Shown here in pieces: positions 36,157 through 49,955 of a stretch of DNA of 64,000 nt (position 1 is the first letter of the stretch; the number at the start of each line of letters is the position of its first letter). The position numbers were made by a program, and so were the translations under genes. This DNA comes from Podarcis pityusensis. Its lineage: Eukaryota. Location of the stretch: assembly GCA_964106645.2 (NCBI GenBank), contig OZ067040.1; one strand, 5' to 3'. The notes under the pieces were generated by a model. It had not been told where the DNA came from. It made no database searches and saw nothing but the letters and a program-made list of their open reading frames with translations.

Positions 36157-36383
36157 CAGTGGTACCTCGGGTTACATACGCTTCAGGTTACAGACTCCGC
36201 TAACCCAGAAATAGTACCCCAGGTTAAGAACTTTGCTTCAGGATGAGAACAGAAATTGCAGGGTGGTGGCGCGGCGGCAGTGGGAGGCCCCATTAGCTAA
36301 AGTGGTACCCTCAGGTTAAGAACAGTTTCAGGTTAAGAGCTGACCTGCAGAACAAATTAAGTTCTTAACCCGAGGTACCACTG
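36157..36383 (+). mobile_element. Tc1/mariner MITE
   Basis: TA-flanked CAGTGGTACCTCGGGTTA TIRs; 7331 family. Confidence 0.9.
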
Positions 36384-37378
36384 TAAAAGGAATGAGGTGA
36401 TCATGGATGTGTTCTGCTACAGAGAGCCCATGAGTATATGTTGCCAAGGAGAAAAAGCAGCATTTAAAACTAAAACCAATTCCAGAGTTAGCTGCACTTT
36501 TTTCAGCCCAGTCAAAACAGGGCAATGTCTGAGACATATGGCGATGCTTTAAGTTGGTGTTGTGCATTCACAGATAAGGCTTCATGTGAACCAGCCACCA
36601 TATGGAGAATTGGGAGTGTTGGCATGCCTCAACAAACCCATTTGAACAGGAGTCTGGGGTGGCATTCAAGAAAATCCTGCTTAGCATAAGAACATAAGAA
36701 GAGCCTGCTGGGTCATACTTCTCAGTAAACAGTCACATGATTGGACTCCACTGGTGGATTCTTTTACAGCATAACCAACAATATGTGGCTGAATGGGTGT
36801 CTAGTGTAAAGAATTGTGTTAATGCAGGCATATGATACCTGCTGCACATGAGTAACTGCTACATTCTTAATGGGCTTGAAGTAATCCAGTCCAATGACTT
36901 TTCCCCCTGGGGTTTCAGACTTCATTAGGGTTGGGGAAGAAATTAGATTCAGTTCACATTTAAAGGGGAACATACCAAAATTGCACATTCTGGAACAATA
37001 GGAGAATTGAAACACAGCTATCCTTCAAAATTAGCAATTCTATGAATTTTGCAGTGCAGTTTTCCAACTGCACAATATTTACAAAAATGCATATGTTATG
37101 AGAAAGTGTGCATAGAAATGAGTATTAGTTAATAAAACATACATAAATGTATTGGGGGAAATTGCTTCCAAAGGTATGGATGTTAGTCAAAATTATGCAT
37201 ACAAAATTGTGTTTATGAGAAGAAATTCACACTAAAATGCTGGCACTCTCCTTCCCTTAGTATTTAAAAGTGGAGCAGGATCCTGCAGGGTGCTGCCACA
37301 ATGTGGAGAACTGAACTGAAGACCGGAAAAATGAGAAACTTGGAAAACTGAAATTGACAGATCCATCCGTCCCTTGAC

Positions 37379-37384
37379 TTTATT
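37379..37384 (-). terminator. Candidate RMDN2 poly(A) signal
   Basis: AATAAA on the minus strand about 480 nt after the RMDN2 stop. Confidence 0.35.
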
Positions 37385-37866
37385 ATTGGGATTGTATTGG
37401 GATTATTATTGAGATTGTACCCAGCAGTGGCTTTGTAGTAATAATGGAAAACACTTCTGCTTGTACATGAGAGGCACCTGTTTTTTGCCTATCCCACCCC
37501 TATCCATTGCAGTGTTCCATACCCACTCCCCCACCTGCCTCCTCAAAAGCTGCTCCCGTGGGTTGGGAAACCCTCTGAAACGTTATGGGATAGGCAGAGG
37601 ACACAACAGTAGGTAACTGGTGAAACTGGGTGCATCATCTTGTGCAAGTGGAAGTGCTTTCCACTAGATCAAAGCCAGCCTTAGATACAACCCTTTGGTA
37701 TTATCTCAGCCCTGTTTCCCCAAATTCTAAGCCTTCCATGGCTATAAACCCCACTGAACTCCACAAAACCCACATATGCGTGCTTTCAGAACTTGGATCT
37801 GGGTTCCCAGATGCCTTTCACAGTATCATTCAAAAACATAACGAAAAGTGCTTGTTGTTGTTTGGT

Positions 37867-37920
37867 TCACAGTTTCAGTGACGGAAGCAATGTTTCTAAA
37901 TCTTCATCAGCCTCTTTATC
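37867..37920 (-). CDS. RMDN2: RMDN2 last coding exon (DKEADEDLETLLPSLKL*)
   Basis: Acceptor ttttccttttag; 54 nt, phase 0; resembles mammalian DKEAQKEM..SLKR*. Confidence 0.88.
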   Translation of the reverse strand, partial: DKEADEDLETLLPSLKL

Positions 37921-40876
37921 CTAAAAGGAAAAAAAAGACATTGCATATGAGGAACCACCCAGAGCTTCTATACCCACTGCCAATTTCTGCATCAAAACAA
38001 GGGATTATTTTCAGTGTTCGTGGACTAGGAAAACATAACTAGTTCATTCTTCCTTTTAATCATTATGCAGTAGCTCAGTAGAAAGCTGAACAAAGGGTGG
38101 GGGGCTAACCTGATACAATGATTTTCCTTTCCAACTTCCTCCTGCATTGAAGTATTCATTACATTACATTCTAACGGATACTAATAAAGGTTTTCATCCT
38201 CCAGTCATCACCTTTTGGAAGACTTTAAGTGAACCCAGGCATTCCTGTGGCTTGACGTTTGTGGCTTACATTATCATCATTTCTAGGCCCTTCAAACACA
38301 TATATTTAGAAGTCAAATATAGTCTATTACAATAGTTATGGTTGTTTTGGATTGCATTGCATTTTGATTTATTTGGTGTCTCCCACAAAGTCACTGTTCT
38401 ACAGTTGCAAAGCTCAGTTCGTCTGCATATGACCATTTCAAATGGAACCCTGTGGGCGCTACATCTCCAAGCAGCAAGTTGTCTGTGTGATGTGGCTCCA
38501 CAGCAGCATGAGGCACTTCTGACCACTGCAAATTTAGTAATGCTGTGGCTGAGGACACCAGTACTGCACAGACACTTGCATGGAGCAGTTGCCTTGGTCT
38601 TTTGGAGCTGCAATAAACTGGTTCTATTTTAAGCAGTATCCTACACAGCCAGGTATATGCATGAATTAGTCTTCAGTTTTATGCAAGGTGTATTGGGCTT
38701 GATTCCCAGTCACTGTACTCTGGGAATCACAAGTCCCAACCACCAGACTGATGGGACAAGGCATACACAAAGATAATTGGAAAAGGGTTTAGCTCTGCAA
38801 TGTTGTTAACACTCAGCGGGCACTGATATTTCGGGATCCATTGACGAAAGCTTCCTGGCCAACAGCAGATGATAGGAACTGAACCCCCACAGTGAGTTCA
38901 TTTCTAGCTAATAGCAAAAAAGATACACAGAAGAGGCAACATGCTGTTTGATGCAAATCTCCAGCAACTTGGTAGTTTCGTCATAAGAAGAAGAAACAAT
39001 GGAAAGCAGTATTGACTACTTTTAACTCAATGTAAAACAAGAAGGGGAACAGAAGAAACAGGCCTGGTTCAGACGTCGACAGGATGTTCAAAACAACTGG
39101 ATCAGATGTCATTGAACACTGAGGTATAAGAAACAAATAAATCTCCTCTGCAGCTGAGCAGAGAAGAAGAGGGAGTGTTCAAGCTCATTGCTTATGTTCA
39201 CACAAGTCATGGTTTGTTAGAGTAATCTCATTACATCTGAGAGCCAGTGACCCATAATGGCTAAGAATGTCAACTATTAGCCAGGAAACTGCTATCTGAA
39301 GCCTCACCTCCACTATGATATCATGAGATGGCCTTAGGTAAGCTACTTTCACTCATCCTTGGTCCTCCCATCCCCACTGCAATATGGGGAGAATAGTACT
39401 GGCCTGCCTTACAAGAAGAACATTCTGCAACTGGAGGGTCACCACTGAGAAGGCCACATTACAAGCCCTGGTAAACTGGAGAGATAAAATGCAGAGCACC
39501 CTGCAATACACAGAAAAACCAGGCAACCCCTAGGAATTAACAACTCTGTGGACACATTAAAGTCTTGGAGACTTTTGAAATGTGCCCTGTAGGATTAAAG
39601 TGCAGTATAACAGATTTAGGGTAAGTGTTAGGAAACCTCATAGGAATTCTATAGCAGAATGAGCCACTTGGGAAGGATATGAAATCTCAAGCTAGCCAGA
39701 CAGAGCTGTGAAGGACCTCTTAGTTTATCTTGGAGCATGAACTGGACTGGAGATCCGAGAAGACTTCAGAAATCTATCCAACTCCATAATTAATGTGTCC
39801 ACAGCAAGCTTTTGCTTGATAGTACTTTCAACAACATTAAGACAACATAACCAAACTAAGAAATTATGTATCAGTGCCTTGAAAGATATTTATTGTACTC
39901 ATTGCAAATCTTTGCCAAAATACTGTCAAGTAACAGGAAGAGATGCCAGACAACTTCCCCACCTGAACCTGCTTGCAGCACTGGTCCCAAAGCTTGCACT
40001 ACAGAATTCCACATTTCAAACTTCTTGCGTAAGTAAATGAGATATAATTTATCTGAATCAAGTCTTCCTCCTCCTTGCAAAAAAATACCACCCATCTTAT
40101 ATTTAAGTGCATCTGTAGCACATTTTGCATGGTGGGCCTCCGATGTTGGGCTTCATAGCCTTAAGGAACGCTCCAGACTGCTTACTGAATTACCTATGTC
40201 AATTCTAATGCAGAACTTCAAAATCAGACAGTCACAGCTCATCTGATCAGTGTGACTAACTGCACTGCATGCCACCCAGTTCCTCATTAAAATAAGCATC
40301 ACTATTATAATAGTCCTCTGTTTAAACAGAATTTCATCATATTAGTTTTTACTCGATTTACGCAGTTTCCATGTGTTACTGCGATCAGTCACACTGGGGA
40401 TGTCACAAGCCACCTTCTACTTTGCATGCAACTGCCATATTTCATAACGATTTGGGCCCAGGACTTCTCTTTTTTTGTTGTTTCCAACTGTTCCTCTAGA
40501 GCACTAGAGGAAGAGGAGGTTGGGGACTTGTGGCCCTCCAGATATAGTGGAGCTACAACTGTAGCAGCACTTGACCACTGGCTGGGGCTAGACAGGGTTT
40601 GGGAGTTAAATATTTAGATGGCCACAATCTTTCCCATTCCTGCTCTACAGAAATAAAAGTACAACGTACCAGGAAGCTCTCCTCTGCAGGCACCCTTTAA
40701 AGTACATGAAAGCTGCAGAAGACAAGTACCACCATACAGACCCTGTACTTCATCATCACGACCAACAATAGCATGGAAAAGACCTTAATGATTCAGGCTA
40801 TGATACATGACTGTATCATAACATCCCTAGGTGACTGATGAGGCAGCAGAAACTGCTTCCAAAGAAGGCATCCCCC

Positions 40877-41135
40877 TTTTGTGGAATGCTCTCCCCAGGG
40901 AAGTTCATCTGGCGCCTTCATTATATATCTTTAGGTGCCAGGCGAAAACGTTGCTCTTCAATGAGGCCTTTGGCTGAATAATATTCTACAGCCTTTTAAA
41001 TGTGTCTGTGGGAAGGGGGAGGTTATTGTTGTTTTTTCTTTTAGCTATTTATTTTTTTTATCTTGCATTTTTATCTTGTGAACTGCTCTGAGATCTTATG
41101 ATGAAGGGTGATATACAAGTCCAATAAATAAATAA
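40877..41135 (+). mobile_element. L2 LINE 3' fragment
   Basis: ttgtggaatgctctccccagggaagttcatctggcgcc...gcctttggctga...tgtgaactgctctgagatc; similar to 57714-57870. Confidence 0.7.
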
Positions 41136-41160
41136 CATTTAAATGGGGCTTCAGACGCAC

Positions 41161-41241
41161 CTCTTTGGTGACTGACAGGATTGATGATGCAGTGTCACAG
41201 AACTTCAGCGCATTGGTCCTCTGGCCAAGATCTTTGTAGCA
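41161..41241 (-). CDS. RMDN2: RMDN2 coding exon 9 (CYKDLGQRTNALKFCDTASSILSVTKE)
   Basis: AG/GT borders, 81 nt, phase 0/0. Confidence 0.93.
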
Positions 41242-41340
41242 CTGGACGGGAGAGAGGAGGGAAAACATCACACCAGGTACCTAAGTTAATAGAAATCTCT
41301 GCATTATATTAAAAGAAGAGAGCAGACTAGTTTCACTTAC

Positions 41341-41394
41341 CTTTGCCAAATAGACATAATTGTGTTTCGAATATCCAGGTTGTAGTTCTTCAGC
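41341..41394 (-). CDS. RMDN2: RMDN2 coding exon 8 (AEELQPGYSKHNYVYLAK)
   Basis: AG/GTAAGT borders, 54 nt. Confidence 0.93.
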
Positions 41395-42248
41395 CTGACC
41401 AAGAAGAGAAAAAGATGAAGAACACCAAAGTCAACGGAATATTTATAATAAAGCACAAAGATCCTCCTAGAAACAGTGGGACTGTTAGCCCTGGACTTAG
41501 GCCTAGGGGCTACACCATTTGGTGGTGGTAGTGGAATATCTGCCAGGCATGCAGCAATAGCAGGCCAGGGACAGAAAGACACAGCACAGTAGGAAATGGT
41601 GAACCCAGCAGCTGAGGCTGCAACTGCTTGCCACCAATAACCCAAAGTGTGTGGAACAAAGAATGGCAGGGAACTCCGCCACTGAGGTACCACATTTGGC
41701 ATTGTGGGACCCATGGGGACACAGACCCAGTGAGGGGGCACTTGAGGAGGTGAATAAGTTAAATTAAAATGGCCCCAGTTTCAATGAGGTGGAGGGCCAC
41801 AAGGCAGTTTGCAGCTCAAAAAGCAGGACCAGCGTGGCACTGGGTGGATGGTCCTGCCCACCTGTCCTGGGCAGAACCTGCAAATTACAGCTTGCAACTT
41901 GCACAATACATCATGCCAGGTTTCTTTCAGTCAGGATCCTATTCACAAGCCAAAAGCTCTAACAGGTGCAACTTTCACATAAACAGCTCTCCATATGAAC
42001 CTTAAGGTGTTTTACACTTTAAACAGCCCAAATCCCAACAAACGCTGACACAGCAGATGAATTAAATTTAGTTTAGGCAGATGCGTGCAGTTACTCCTCT
42101 ACAGATATCATTTCAGAAATCTTTGGCCTTTAGAAGAGCTTTGAATTTATAGCTGCTGAGAACAACTTGTTGAGCAAATTTCTTGAACACCAGCCACTTG
42201 GTAGGTGGGCTTTTGCAGAGAAATGAGGGAGTGGGAAACAGTATCTAC

Positions 42249-42347
42249 CTTAAGAAAATTCTGCAAAGCTTCATGAACTGTTGAAGTTGGCGGAGTCCCA
42301 AAAAGAGCAGCAGCTACTTTTTTCTCAATCCAAGACAACTGAGCCAC
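42249..42347 (-). CDS. RMDN2: RMDN2 coding exon 7 ([33 protein letters not shown])
   Basis: AG/GT borders, 99 nt; hallmark RMDN TPR-region sequence. Confidence 0.95.
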
Positions 42348-44111
42348 CTTTGGAAACAGCAGGAAGAAGGGGTGGAGAGAGTGTTGTTTCAGAGATGCTT
42401 TTAGGAAATGAAACAAAGTGTTGTTTTGCAAGCCAATTACCATAATAAGCTATCTTCAAGAAAAACAAATTAACCAACCCTGGAAAAAAAGCTCCATACT
42501 GGATCTACTCAGTTGTACAACTGGTTTTTATGGGTGATATCCAACTAAACAGCATTGCTAGCACAAGGACCTTTAGTTGTGCAATGAAACATCTGCATCC
42601 TCTCCTCTCTCCAAACACCCACTGAATCTGTTCCAGGGATTCCCCCAACAGCCCCTGGTGCATATTTATAAGCAGACATGTGGGAAGGGAAAAGGGTGAT
42701 TCTGTTGCACAGTTAAAAGTTCTTGCACTAGCAGACCTGTTCAGATGGATAGTGTCTACATTTTGCTAACCAATGAGAAGCTATCTTGGCATTCAGTGGC
42801 ATATAAATAAATAAAGTATTTTCACAAATAAGCAAGATGGCCACCTCTGTATCTCAGGATACACTCCTGTATCCTGGTCTAAAGGGGGAGGGGAGGCAGA
42901 AATTTAAAACAACACCATGGCACACCAAGAATCCACATTTAAGGAGAAGTCCCAGTGAAGACAGTAGAATTCACTTCACATTGGTCAACATGATATATTG
43001 GGTGTATACAAACACACATATTCAAACTTCACCGTAGATGTGTCATTCAAATTCTTCATGTGTCAGTGGTTTCCTCCCACCCACAAAGAATACAGTTCCC
43101 TACAACTATAAACAGGTTATGTAAACATATTTTGTTAGTTAGTGGAATGACTTGCAAATATACTTCTAGGATGAAAACTATCATCACATAGGAAGTAGCA
43201 AGCACATAGACCTCCCTGCCTCAACCTCAAAGCCTCTTCCTACTTTCTTTCTTAAGGGAAATGTTACTGTCCTTTTTATTAAAAAACACACACCAAATAA
43301 ACGGACACTTCAAACTTTAAAATAAACTTCCCAGCAGTTTGGGGTTGTTGTTTTTGGTAAGGCCAGTTGTGGACAAGCATTTGTTCTCTTGGAAGTGGAG
43401 GAACATTTGTGCATTAGCATCAGTTTCAGCTAATCCAGACGAAGCATATATGGCTTGACAGAAGAATAAAATGAGGGGAAATACTGCTTATATCATATTC
43501 ATGTGGACCACCCAAATTCCAATATACATACACTCATAGTACTGTACACTGATGGATCCCACACAAGGGTCAGTTGTGATGTCATAGGACTTCTAATTTT
43601 TCCATTGTGGAATTTATAATTAGCTTCTTAAAACCTGTGGCTTGAGCTTAGAAGAATGAGATGTGTCTGGCACTATATACAGGTTTCCTTACAAAATTTA
43701 ATAAGAACTGACGTTGAGGGTTTCAGTTTCATTTCTGGCTGGCTTAGGGTTTGGTTTTCACTGCTCAACAAGCTTTCGTACCCAAAAAAGAAACTGCTTG
43801 GCTTGCCTCTAGTACCTTTCTATATATAATCTCCAACAAAATTAAAAGAACACCAAAAATGTATGATGTCAATTGCATACAGGGCTTTGACTTTCTATTC
43901 TAGCCCCTGTTAAAGGGAAATATGTCCAGAAGAATTTCTAATTCCTTTATAAATGAGATTTCTCAAAACAGGCCTTTTGGGGTTTTCATTATTAATACAA
44001 TATTGCCAGATAGAGAAAGTCTAGAAATATCCTTTCTTGCTCTTTAGAACAAAAGCCATTGCACACACACACACAAAAATGCTTCTTTTTATATCAGAGC
44101 TGTACATGTTA

Positions 44112-44337
44112 CAGTGGTACCTCAGGTTAAGTACTTAATTCGTTCCGGAGGTCCGTACTTAACCTGAAACTGTTCTTAACCTGAAGCACCATTTTAGCTA
44201 ATGGGGCCTCCTGCTGCTGCTGCGCTGCCGGAGCACGATTTCTGTTCTCATCCTGAAGCAAAGTTCTTAACCTGAAGCACTATTTCTGGGTTAGCGGAGT
44301 CTGTAACCTGAAGCATATGTAACCTGAGGTACCACTG
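44112..44337 (-). mobile_element. Tc1/mariner MITE
   Basis: TA-flanked CAGTGGTACCTCAGGTTA TIRs; reverse orientation of the 7331 family. Confidence 0.9.
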
Positions 44338-45703
44338 TATTTCTTTGTCACATTTGTATCCTGCAGTTCCTCCAAGGAGCTCAGGGCAGGATTATCCCAT
44401 TTTATCCTCACAAGACTTCTGTGGAGGAAGCTTGGCTAAGAAAGAATGTGACTGACCTAAGGTTATCCAGGGAGCTTTGAGGGGATGCCAGTGAAAACTG
44501 TGATGGAACAAGTGATGTGCAAGTACACATTAAATTATTCCACTACTACAAAGAGGTGGATGTGGCAGTGGGGTTTACAGAAACCAAAAAAACCCCGTGC
44601 AAATTCCCAAGTAGTACAATTTTGTACTTGGCCTCAAAGTAGCCAAGACAATTTTCAAACTTGGGCCCTTTCTGGAAAATGCCTTCTTATTACATTCTCC
44701 CCCCTCCCATTAGGCTCAGTGCAACCTAACCATACTTCTGAGAGGTAGGTTAAGCTAAGGGACAATTTGCCCAGTGCCATCCCATAAACTCTATATATGT
44801 AAAGCGGTTATTTGCCCCCATCCAAACCTAACACCGTGATCATGGTGTCCTAATGAAAGCAAATGTATTGCAGCCCACACTAGTGTCTCTGAATCAGTTT
44901 TTTCCATAGCTGCTCTGAATCAATTGTCTGCCTATGCAATTAACATAGTGTATGGAATTCTGCTTCCCTGAGTTTTAATTGATCCCAGATTTCATCTAAT
45001 TCCTTGCTTCACGTATAATTTTCTCTCTTGAGATATTCTGTCTAGATTACTTGATAAGAGTAAGATTATTATCTTCAGTGTTTTGGCTCCTTTCCAACTT
45101 GGATATGAAGTTCTCTTATCTTGGATACCATTTCAGTCTCAAAGTAGGGTGATGTTCAAGGTAAAGTTAAATAACATGAAACAGAGATGCTACTCATAAA
45201 TTGCATGTTCTCTTTTGTGAAAAGAACAGGAAAGTCTGGCATATTTATGTCTTTATTACTAATGGCTTTCAGGTCCAAGAAGTACCAAGAAGTATGCTTG
45301 GTAGATTTAAAGCTTACATCCTTTTTGAAAAGATATCCAAACACTAAATATGGGTATGAAGAAAAGAATACTACTGCTACTTTTTTTTTTTTGTTCCGCT
45401 ACTTTTTAGAAGTCTAAACCTCAGCCCTGCAGTCTAGTTTGGAGCTGGGGAAGGTGCAATGATCTTCCCAGTAGCTGCTCTGGGTTTTGAAGGCACTCAA
45501 AGCAGCTTAGAAACACAGTACTCTGAAACTTCAAGTGGAGAGGTGAGCTAGGGCTCATCTACGTTCGTCAGAGGGAGACAGACATCTTCCCAGGGCAAGG
45601 AGGACGGTGGGGTCTTGGTCCCATATTTGTCAGCCTCATCATGCATCCTACCCTTAAGCTTTGGAACCCAGCTTCTTCTTCCAGATCCAAGTTATTGCCT
45701 ATA

Positions 45704-45976
45704 GAGAGCCAGTGTGGTGTAGTGGTTAAGAACGATAGACTCATAATCTGGGGAACCGGGTTCGCTCCTCCGCTCCTCCACATGCAGCTGCTGGGTGACC
45801 TTGGGCTAGTCACACTTCTTTGAAGTTTCTCAGCCCCACTTACCTCACAGAGTGTTTGTTGTGGGGGAGGAAGGGAAAGGAGAATATTAGCCACTTTGAG
45901 ACTCCTTCGGGTAGTGATAAAGTGGGATATCAAATCCAAACTCTTCTTCCTCTTCCTCTTCCTCTTCCTCTTCTTC
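45704..45976 (+). mobile_element. CORE-type tRNA SINE (POM/Squam3-like)
   Basis: gagagccagtgtggtgtagtggttaag..gggttcg..tgggtgaccttgggctagtcac..ctcagcccc..acctcacag; (CTCTTC)n tail. Confidence 0.85.
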
Positions 45977-46426
45977 AAGTGCATGTTTAGCACTTACTGC
46001 TTTGTGTTTTGTTTTGTTTTGTTTTGTTTTGTTCTAGCAGTTGCAACTTGCCCCCTTGTATTTTCTTGGTTGCTTGGATTCTGCTGTTTTTATATTGTAT
46101 TCAGTTTTGTCCCTTTGAGAATTTTGAATTGAAAAGCAAATGATCAATCCTCTAAATAAAATAAAACAGATCACCTGCCACAGGCACACTTTACAAGCTT
46201 CATTAGGATTGACTCAGAGCTCAGTGGCAGAACTTTGCATGCAGAAGAGTCTGGATTCGGCTGCCACTCAGGGGAGAGCGTACTAGGCTAGGTGGCATGG
46301 CTCTCTAACAGAAAGCTTCACACACTCAACTCCTCTCCGAAAACAGAAGTAAAATTGTTCAGTGGTGCAATTTTAAATAAGCTTCACAGGGCTTCTGCTT
46401 AGTAAAAGGACTTGAGGATCACTTAC

Positions 46427-46504
46427 TTCATAGCACCATCTTCCAGTTAGATAATATAAAAAAGGGTCTTGTGGCTTAAGCTCAATAGCTTTGTCTAGAT
46501 GCTC
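46427..46504 (-). CDS. RMDN2: RMDN2 coding exon 6 ([26 protein letters not shown])
   Basis: AG/GTAAGT borders, 78 nt. Confidence 0.95.
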
Positions 46505-47159
46505 CTGTAAGAAAGAAGACCAAAATGAACTTTCCTTTGCCTGGCTATAGGCTCAAGTTCACAAAGCAAACCATTTCCCTTTTGTCCTGTCACTCTGTAA
46601 ATATAGTTGTCCAAAGTCATCTTTGTATCAAGAAGAAGCCTCAAACAAGCATTATCCAACACACATGGCCTATTAACTCTAAAGTTTAGAATATAACAAG
46701 TAATGCCTTATCAATAACCAAGTAAGGGTGAAATACTGCTTTAATTAAAATCAGTAGCAGCCCTGCATTTAAACTCCATCAGCAGTGAATCAACAGACAC
46801 AAGCAGACCTCAGAGTGTTAATGTAAACCAAGAGTAAATGAGGGTGTTTTTTTTAATACAAACACATAATTATGCACTTCTTTCCCCGTCTCATGCTGTT
46901 CTTTGGAAATTCAGACTTGGGAGCAGTACAAAAATTGAACGGCTGGTTCACAAAGTCATACTTAAATCTTCTTCAGTTTGAAAGCTACTTCATTATGTCT
47001 GGTAGGAGCATACAAAAATAATCTCATCTCCTCAGCATAATCCTGGCACTGAAGCATGTCCCCCAGGCAGTTACTTTTACTCTAAACACTGTCTTCAAAG
47101 CTGTCAGGAGGAAGTAATTTAATAATAGCAGCAGCTTAACAAAGCTACCAAAAACATAC

Positions 47160-47235
47160 CTTAAAGAGATAGCCATTCCTGATTTTGTTCTGCACACTTT
47201 CAAACTGAGACATGTAGCCACACATCATTGCAAAC
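47160..47235 (-). CDS. RMDN2: RMDN2 coding exon 5 ((W)[25 protein letters not shown])
   Basis: CAG/GTATG borders, 76 nt, phase 2/0. Confidence 0.95.
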
Positions 47236-48595
47236 CTGAACAGGAAGCAGCAAGGAAAGAGAGAGAAATATCAAAACATTGATGATCATTTTAATCACAT
47301 AATGCCAGCCTGGCTAAGATCCTCATGCGAGGAAAAACACAGAGGCAAAACCAGTTTAAATGCAGCTTGTAGTCAAAACTGACTAAAGCCCGTCCAAATC
47401 TTTTAAGCAAAGCTGTAATGTTTAGTCTATTATTTCATTTAAGCGTTTTGATGGGCAAAAAGTACTAAAGAATTTTAAAGTAATTGTTCAATAATTTTCA
47501 GTACAAAAAATACAGGAGTGGTGTTTCATTTTAGAAGAGGCGTTCTTTCTCCTCTCTCTCACACAGAGACTGCCGTGACTTGTAAGGGCATAATCTAAAA
47601 ACAAAGAAGGGTTTCTTTCTTGTTCAAAACTATAGCTTTGTTCATGTGCACTGCAATCTGAAGGATGTGGACTAGTCAGAAGTCAGTCCCATTAAGTTCA
47701 ATAGGACTTACTGCTTGAGTGTCCTTTGGACCATAGCCTTAGTTGATTAATCAATAACTTGTGAGTAAATGTGTAGATCCATATGCCAAGACAAATTAAC
47801 TAGAAGTGTGGGGTATAAATTGTTCATCCTTATATTGTCAATCCTGACCCTGATGGCTTTGAATCAGTTTTGACTCCAGCTGCTTTTATACACTATTCAA
47901 GGTTCATACCACAAGTGGCTTATGACAGCTGCAACAAGAGGGAGGACAACATCTTTCTCATCAGTATGGATAGAGTAGTGCATGGACAGAGCAACATAGA
48001 TTTCAACTACTCTGTATTTTCCTTATAGAACAAATTCAGGGTATCCCAAAAGAGATGATTTACGATGCTATGGAAGATCTTTCAAAACTGGCCTTTCAAA
48101 TAACAATAATCAAGAGTGTTGGCAGCCCTAAGCAGGAAAGATAAAGGAATTTCAACTATTTGGATGAGAAAAGGGTACTACAAACTTAAATTCCCATAAT
48201 TTGCAGAAATGCAGGCAACATTTTCTCTCCAAAACCCTTTGGCTCATTAGGTGCTAATCAGATAAACTCAGCATACCATAGCTAAACGGATTGCAGCTAG
48301 AAAAGAAAACAATGAAATGCAAACAAGATAATCCCAGGTTTTCACAGTATCTCCAAGTCTGTGCGTGACAAGGGAAGAAAGGTGCTGGGTTAAACTAGTT
48401 AAGGGTGATACTTTTACATGTAAAGGCCTTTCTAGACAAGTAACAAGCTGCTTATTTTTCTTAGTGCAAAAGTCACGCTAGTTGCAATCGTATCTGCCCC
48501 CAATAATAAAGGGGGGAGGGAGCCTTTGAAGGGGAGGTATACATTTGCTGCACATTCACACACCCCCTTGTAAATAAAAAGCAAGTTCAAAGATA

Positions 48596-48837
48596 CAGTG
48601 GTACCTCAGGTTAAGAACTTAATTCGTTCCGGAGGTCCATTCTTAACCTGAAACTGTTCTTAACCTGAAGCACCACTTTAGCTAATGGGGCCTCCTGCTG
48701 CTGCCGCACCGTTGGAGCACAATTTCTGTTCTCATCCTGAAGCAAAGTTCTTAACCCGAGGTACTATTTCTGGATTAGCGGAGTCTGTAACCTGAAGCGT
48801 ATGTAACCTGAAGTGTCTGCAACCCGAGGTACCACTG
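48596..48837 (-). mobile_element. Tc1/mariner MITE
   Basis: TA-flanked TIRs; 7331 family with one extra internal repeat unit. Confidence 0.9.
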
Positions 48838-49549
48838 TATATGTGGCAGCACGGAAGAAGGTAAGTACAGAAACAAACTACATTTCCATTTCAGGGAAAG
48901 AAATTAGCCAGGGGAGCAGGTAGGAGAGGTGGAGGCTCAGGGAAAGGAGCCAAGAGAGTTTGGGAAAAAGAAGAGCAAAGAAACAGAAGAAAAGATCTGT
49001 GCTTAAAAATGGAACATTACTGGAAGAGAATATGGTAGCATTACTGGCATTTCTCACTTAATTTTTCATTTAAAGAGCTACATGAGTTTTGATTTTCTTC
49101 AGGGGCACAAACTTAAATTACTTAAAAAAGAAATTTTCCCTAAAAACACACACACAGAGAGAAAATGACATGGCTGTAGCAAAGGGCCCTTCTGAGCATT
49201 AATGCTAGAAGTAATGTCACATACATGTCTCTAGATGAGACCTAATTTTTATTTGTTTATTGAATTTTTAAAGCACCCTTCTTTCTAAAGGAGCCCAGGG
49301 CTGCAAAACAGTAAGCAACAAAACATGTTAAAAACCTCTTTTTAAAAATTGCAACACAGATGCAGAGCGAAAAAGATCTCAGCTCAGGCAACTTGCTGGA
49401 AGAGGCACTGAAAGAAACAACAGAGACAGGGTCTTTCTATTTTGCAAGGCAATGAAATTCCGAAGGGTAAGGGTAGGTGCCACAACACTAAAGGCCCGAC
49501 TATTACATTGTGCAGAAATTATCTCCTGATAAGATAGTATCTACAGGAT

Positions 49550-49886
49550 ACTAAAGGGCTTTGGACCAGTATACCTGAAGGAGCGTCTCCACCCCCATCG
49601 TTCAGCCCGGACACTGAGGTCCAGCACTGAGGACCTTCTGGCAGTTCCCTCACGGTGAGATTACAGGGAACCAGGCAGAGGGCCTTCTCAGTAGTGGTGC
49701 CTGCCCTGTGGAACGCCATTCCATCATATGTCAAGGAAATAAACAACTATCTGACTTTTAGAAGACATTGGAAGGCAGCCCTGTTTAGAGAAGTTTTTAA
49801 TGTTTGATGTTTTATTGTGTTTTTAATATTCTGCAGGAAGTCGCCCAGAGTGGCTGGGGAAACCCAGTCAGATGGGTGGGCTATAA

Positions 49887-49932
<46 letters not shown>

Positions 49933-49955
49933 CTACTACTACTACTACTACTATT
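49550..49955 (+). mobile_element. L2 LINE 3' end with (TTA)n(CTA)n tail
   Basis: ggaccagtatacctgaaggagcgtctcc (GPVYLKERL)..agggccttctcagtagtggtgcctgccctgtggaacgcc (RAFSVVVPALWNA); microsatellite tail 49887-49955. Confidence 0.85.

Noticed and set aside
40835-40865. CTGATGA...GAAA hammerhead-like string
   Set aside because: GAAA falls in the loop of the only possible stem; stems I and III cannot be formed
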